A stretch of 63,836 bases of DNA, the filler included, from Lama guanicoe (lineage: Eukaryota): assembly GCA_013239625.1 (NCBI GenBank). It is 90 parts of 90 records of this genome, joined end to end, with 100 filler letters (N's around TTAATTAATTAA, not from the genome) between each part and the next. Parts side by side here need not be neighbours in the genome. Positions count along the whole stretch, not along the records: positions 62,075 to 62,817 come from PNXV01028974.1; positions 62,918 to 63,489 come from PNXV01028975.1; positions 63,590 to 63,836 come from PNXV01028985.1; 87 more parts are not named here. The stretch is one strand, 5' to 3'. Positions 62,317-63,836 of this stretch are shown here, piece by piece (position 1 is the first letter of the stretch; the number at the start of each line of letters is the position of its first letter). Both the position numbers and the translations under genes were made by a program. A model generated the notes under the pieces. The model did not search any database. It had not been told where the DNA came from and saw nothing but the letters and a program-made list of their open reading frames with translations.

Positions 62317-62523
62317 CAGTTGACCTGTGAACAACCTGGGTTTGAACTGCACAGGTTCCCTTATACGTGGATTTTTTCAATAAATACATGCAGATTTGTG
62401 GTTGGTTGAATCCTGGGATGCAGAATCATGGATGTGGATGGCTGGCTGGAAAGTCATACTTGGAATTTCGAGACTGCGTGGGGATGGGTGGCCCTAATTC
62501 CCACATTGCTCAAGGGACAACTG
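62317..62523 (+). mobile_element. Complete Tigger2-derived MITE (Tigger2a/MER8-like)
   Basis: Terminal inverted repeats CAGTTGACCTGTGAACAA...TTGCTCAAGGGACAACTG, with internal GGGTTTGAACTGC...TTATACGTGGATTTTTTCAATAAA. Confidence 0.85.
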
Positions 62524-62917
62524 GACTTGCACATCACTTGTAAGTTTTAACGAGATTGCTTAGCAATTTCAGTGACTTACCGTTATCTCTCAAGTTAATT
62601 ACTATATTGTTATATGTTGTTATTATATAACATCATGTAATATTGTTCTATAAATTACATTATTGTTACATTTATTATACTGTCATGTTATATATTGTTA
62701 TATTTTTCCTTTTCTATTGTTTCCTCTGCTCTACCTTGAAGTGCTGATCTGAGTTGAGTGAGCTTTATTTTATATTGTATAAGATCATGTATTCTCTGCC
62801 TAGAACATTGTAAGATTNNNNNNNNNNNNNNNNNNNNNNNNNNNNNNNNNNNNNNNNNNNNTTAATTAATTAANNNNNNNNNNNNNNNNNNNNNNNNNNN
62901 NNNNNNNNNNNNNNNNN

Positions 62918-63278
62918 CGGTAAAAGAATTTACCAAAGACAAAGGATGCAACTAGAAAAGGAGTGCATTAGGTACACTGCCAGACAGTAGCAGGCCACAC
63001 AGATGAGAGGGGCCTGTGCGAGCACTGAGAGTCGTTTGCTGAGGTCTTTCATAAGGGAGGGTAACCTCTAACTCCCTGTGCTTACGTGACGTGACGTCAG
63101 GCAGAGAGCGGGGCTGCAGGGCGCATGATCAGCTCATGCACAATTCTCTGCTTGGTTAATGCTGAGGTAGCAGGGAAGGGAGGGGTCGTCAAAGGGCAGG
63201 GCTGGGGGTTGTGGTAAGGGGCTGTGGCCGCTCCTGGTGGTCAGGCTTCTGGGGATCGTACGAATGATCCGTACCTCA
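62918..63278 (-). mobile_element. ERV LTR (antisense) carrying a CRE palindrome
   Basis: Minus strand starts with TG at 63278. It contains the LTR-type motif TGATCAGCTCATGCACAATTCTCTG and TGACGTCA at 63092-63099. Confidence 0.6.
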
Positions 63279-63394
63279 GCTAAGGCAGGGCTGTGCTGGG
63301 AAAGGACTGTTCTTTGCTATCTTTAGAGGGCAGCAGCCCAGTGCCTGAGGGGCCCTGGAGTAGGAACCTGCCAGATGTCTGTGGACCCCACAAA

Positions 63395-63489
63395 GGCCAC
63401 ACACTTTCTGTTACAAATACTAAATACTGCTGTAGTGGCGCTAAAGCAGCCACAGAAATTGTGTAAATGAGTGGTTGTGATGTGTTCCC
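63395..63489 (+). mobile_element. MER58-like hAT-Charlie fragment
   Basis: AAAGCAGCCACAGA...GTAAATGAGTGG...TGTGTTCC. Confidence 0.65.
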
Positions 63490-63836
63490 NNNNNNNNNNN
63501 NNNNNNNNNNNNNNNNNNNNNNNNNNNNNNNNNTTAATTAATTAANNNNNNNNNNNNNNNNNNNNNNNNNNNNNNNNNNNNNNNNNNNNTTGGGGAGTAT
63601 CTTCATTATAAAGTGAAAAATAAAGGTAAGAGGGTCATGGTTATATGTATGTTAATGTAACAATAACTTCTAAATTGATTCAGGACTTTACAATCTTTCC
63701 TCATATATCAAGGATTCACTGTCACTGTGCAGTATTTTTCACTATTATCATCTTTGGAATTGACAGGCTTCTGATGACCCTGCTTTATGCATCTGTACAT
63801 AAAAGAAAATAACAAAACAGAGAAAAAGACCTTATT

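Noticed and set aside
947..63545. Regularly recurring palindrome TTAATTAATTAA read as a CRISPR-like or other novel repeat-spacer array
   Set aside because: It is always centred in exactly 44+44 Ns and encodes stops in all six frames. It is an assembly linker, and there are no cas or other prokaryotic genes.

Overview
This window is not a contiguous locus. It is about 90 unrelated fragments, each roughly 250-1000 bp, joined by an identical artificial 100-nt spacer (N44-TTAATTAATTAA-N44, with stop codons in all six frames). That layout is typical of an 'unplaced' pseudo-chromosome in a short-read assembly. The repeat content (MIR, L2, L1, MLT1, MER20/44/58, Tigger2-type MITE) is placental-mammalian, and a tRNA-derived Vic-1-like SINE points to a camelid. 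Two gene remnants are recognisable: a frameshifted family-2-like olfactory receptor pseudogene (4164-4839) and a GBP6-like exon with an in-frame TAG (5538-5715), which the ORF track misses. There are also a few unassigned candidate exons and three pieces of a 7-bp-based AT-rich satellite with higher-order spacing. Four near-identical fragment pairs share exactly 49 bp at seven of their eight ends, which suggests de Bruijn bubble arms. Almost all ORFs in the supplied track are spurious. I found no support for a novel multi-gene system, and adjacency between fragments carries no biological information. Repeat-family and gene names come from recalled consensus sequences, not database searches.
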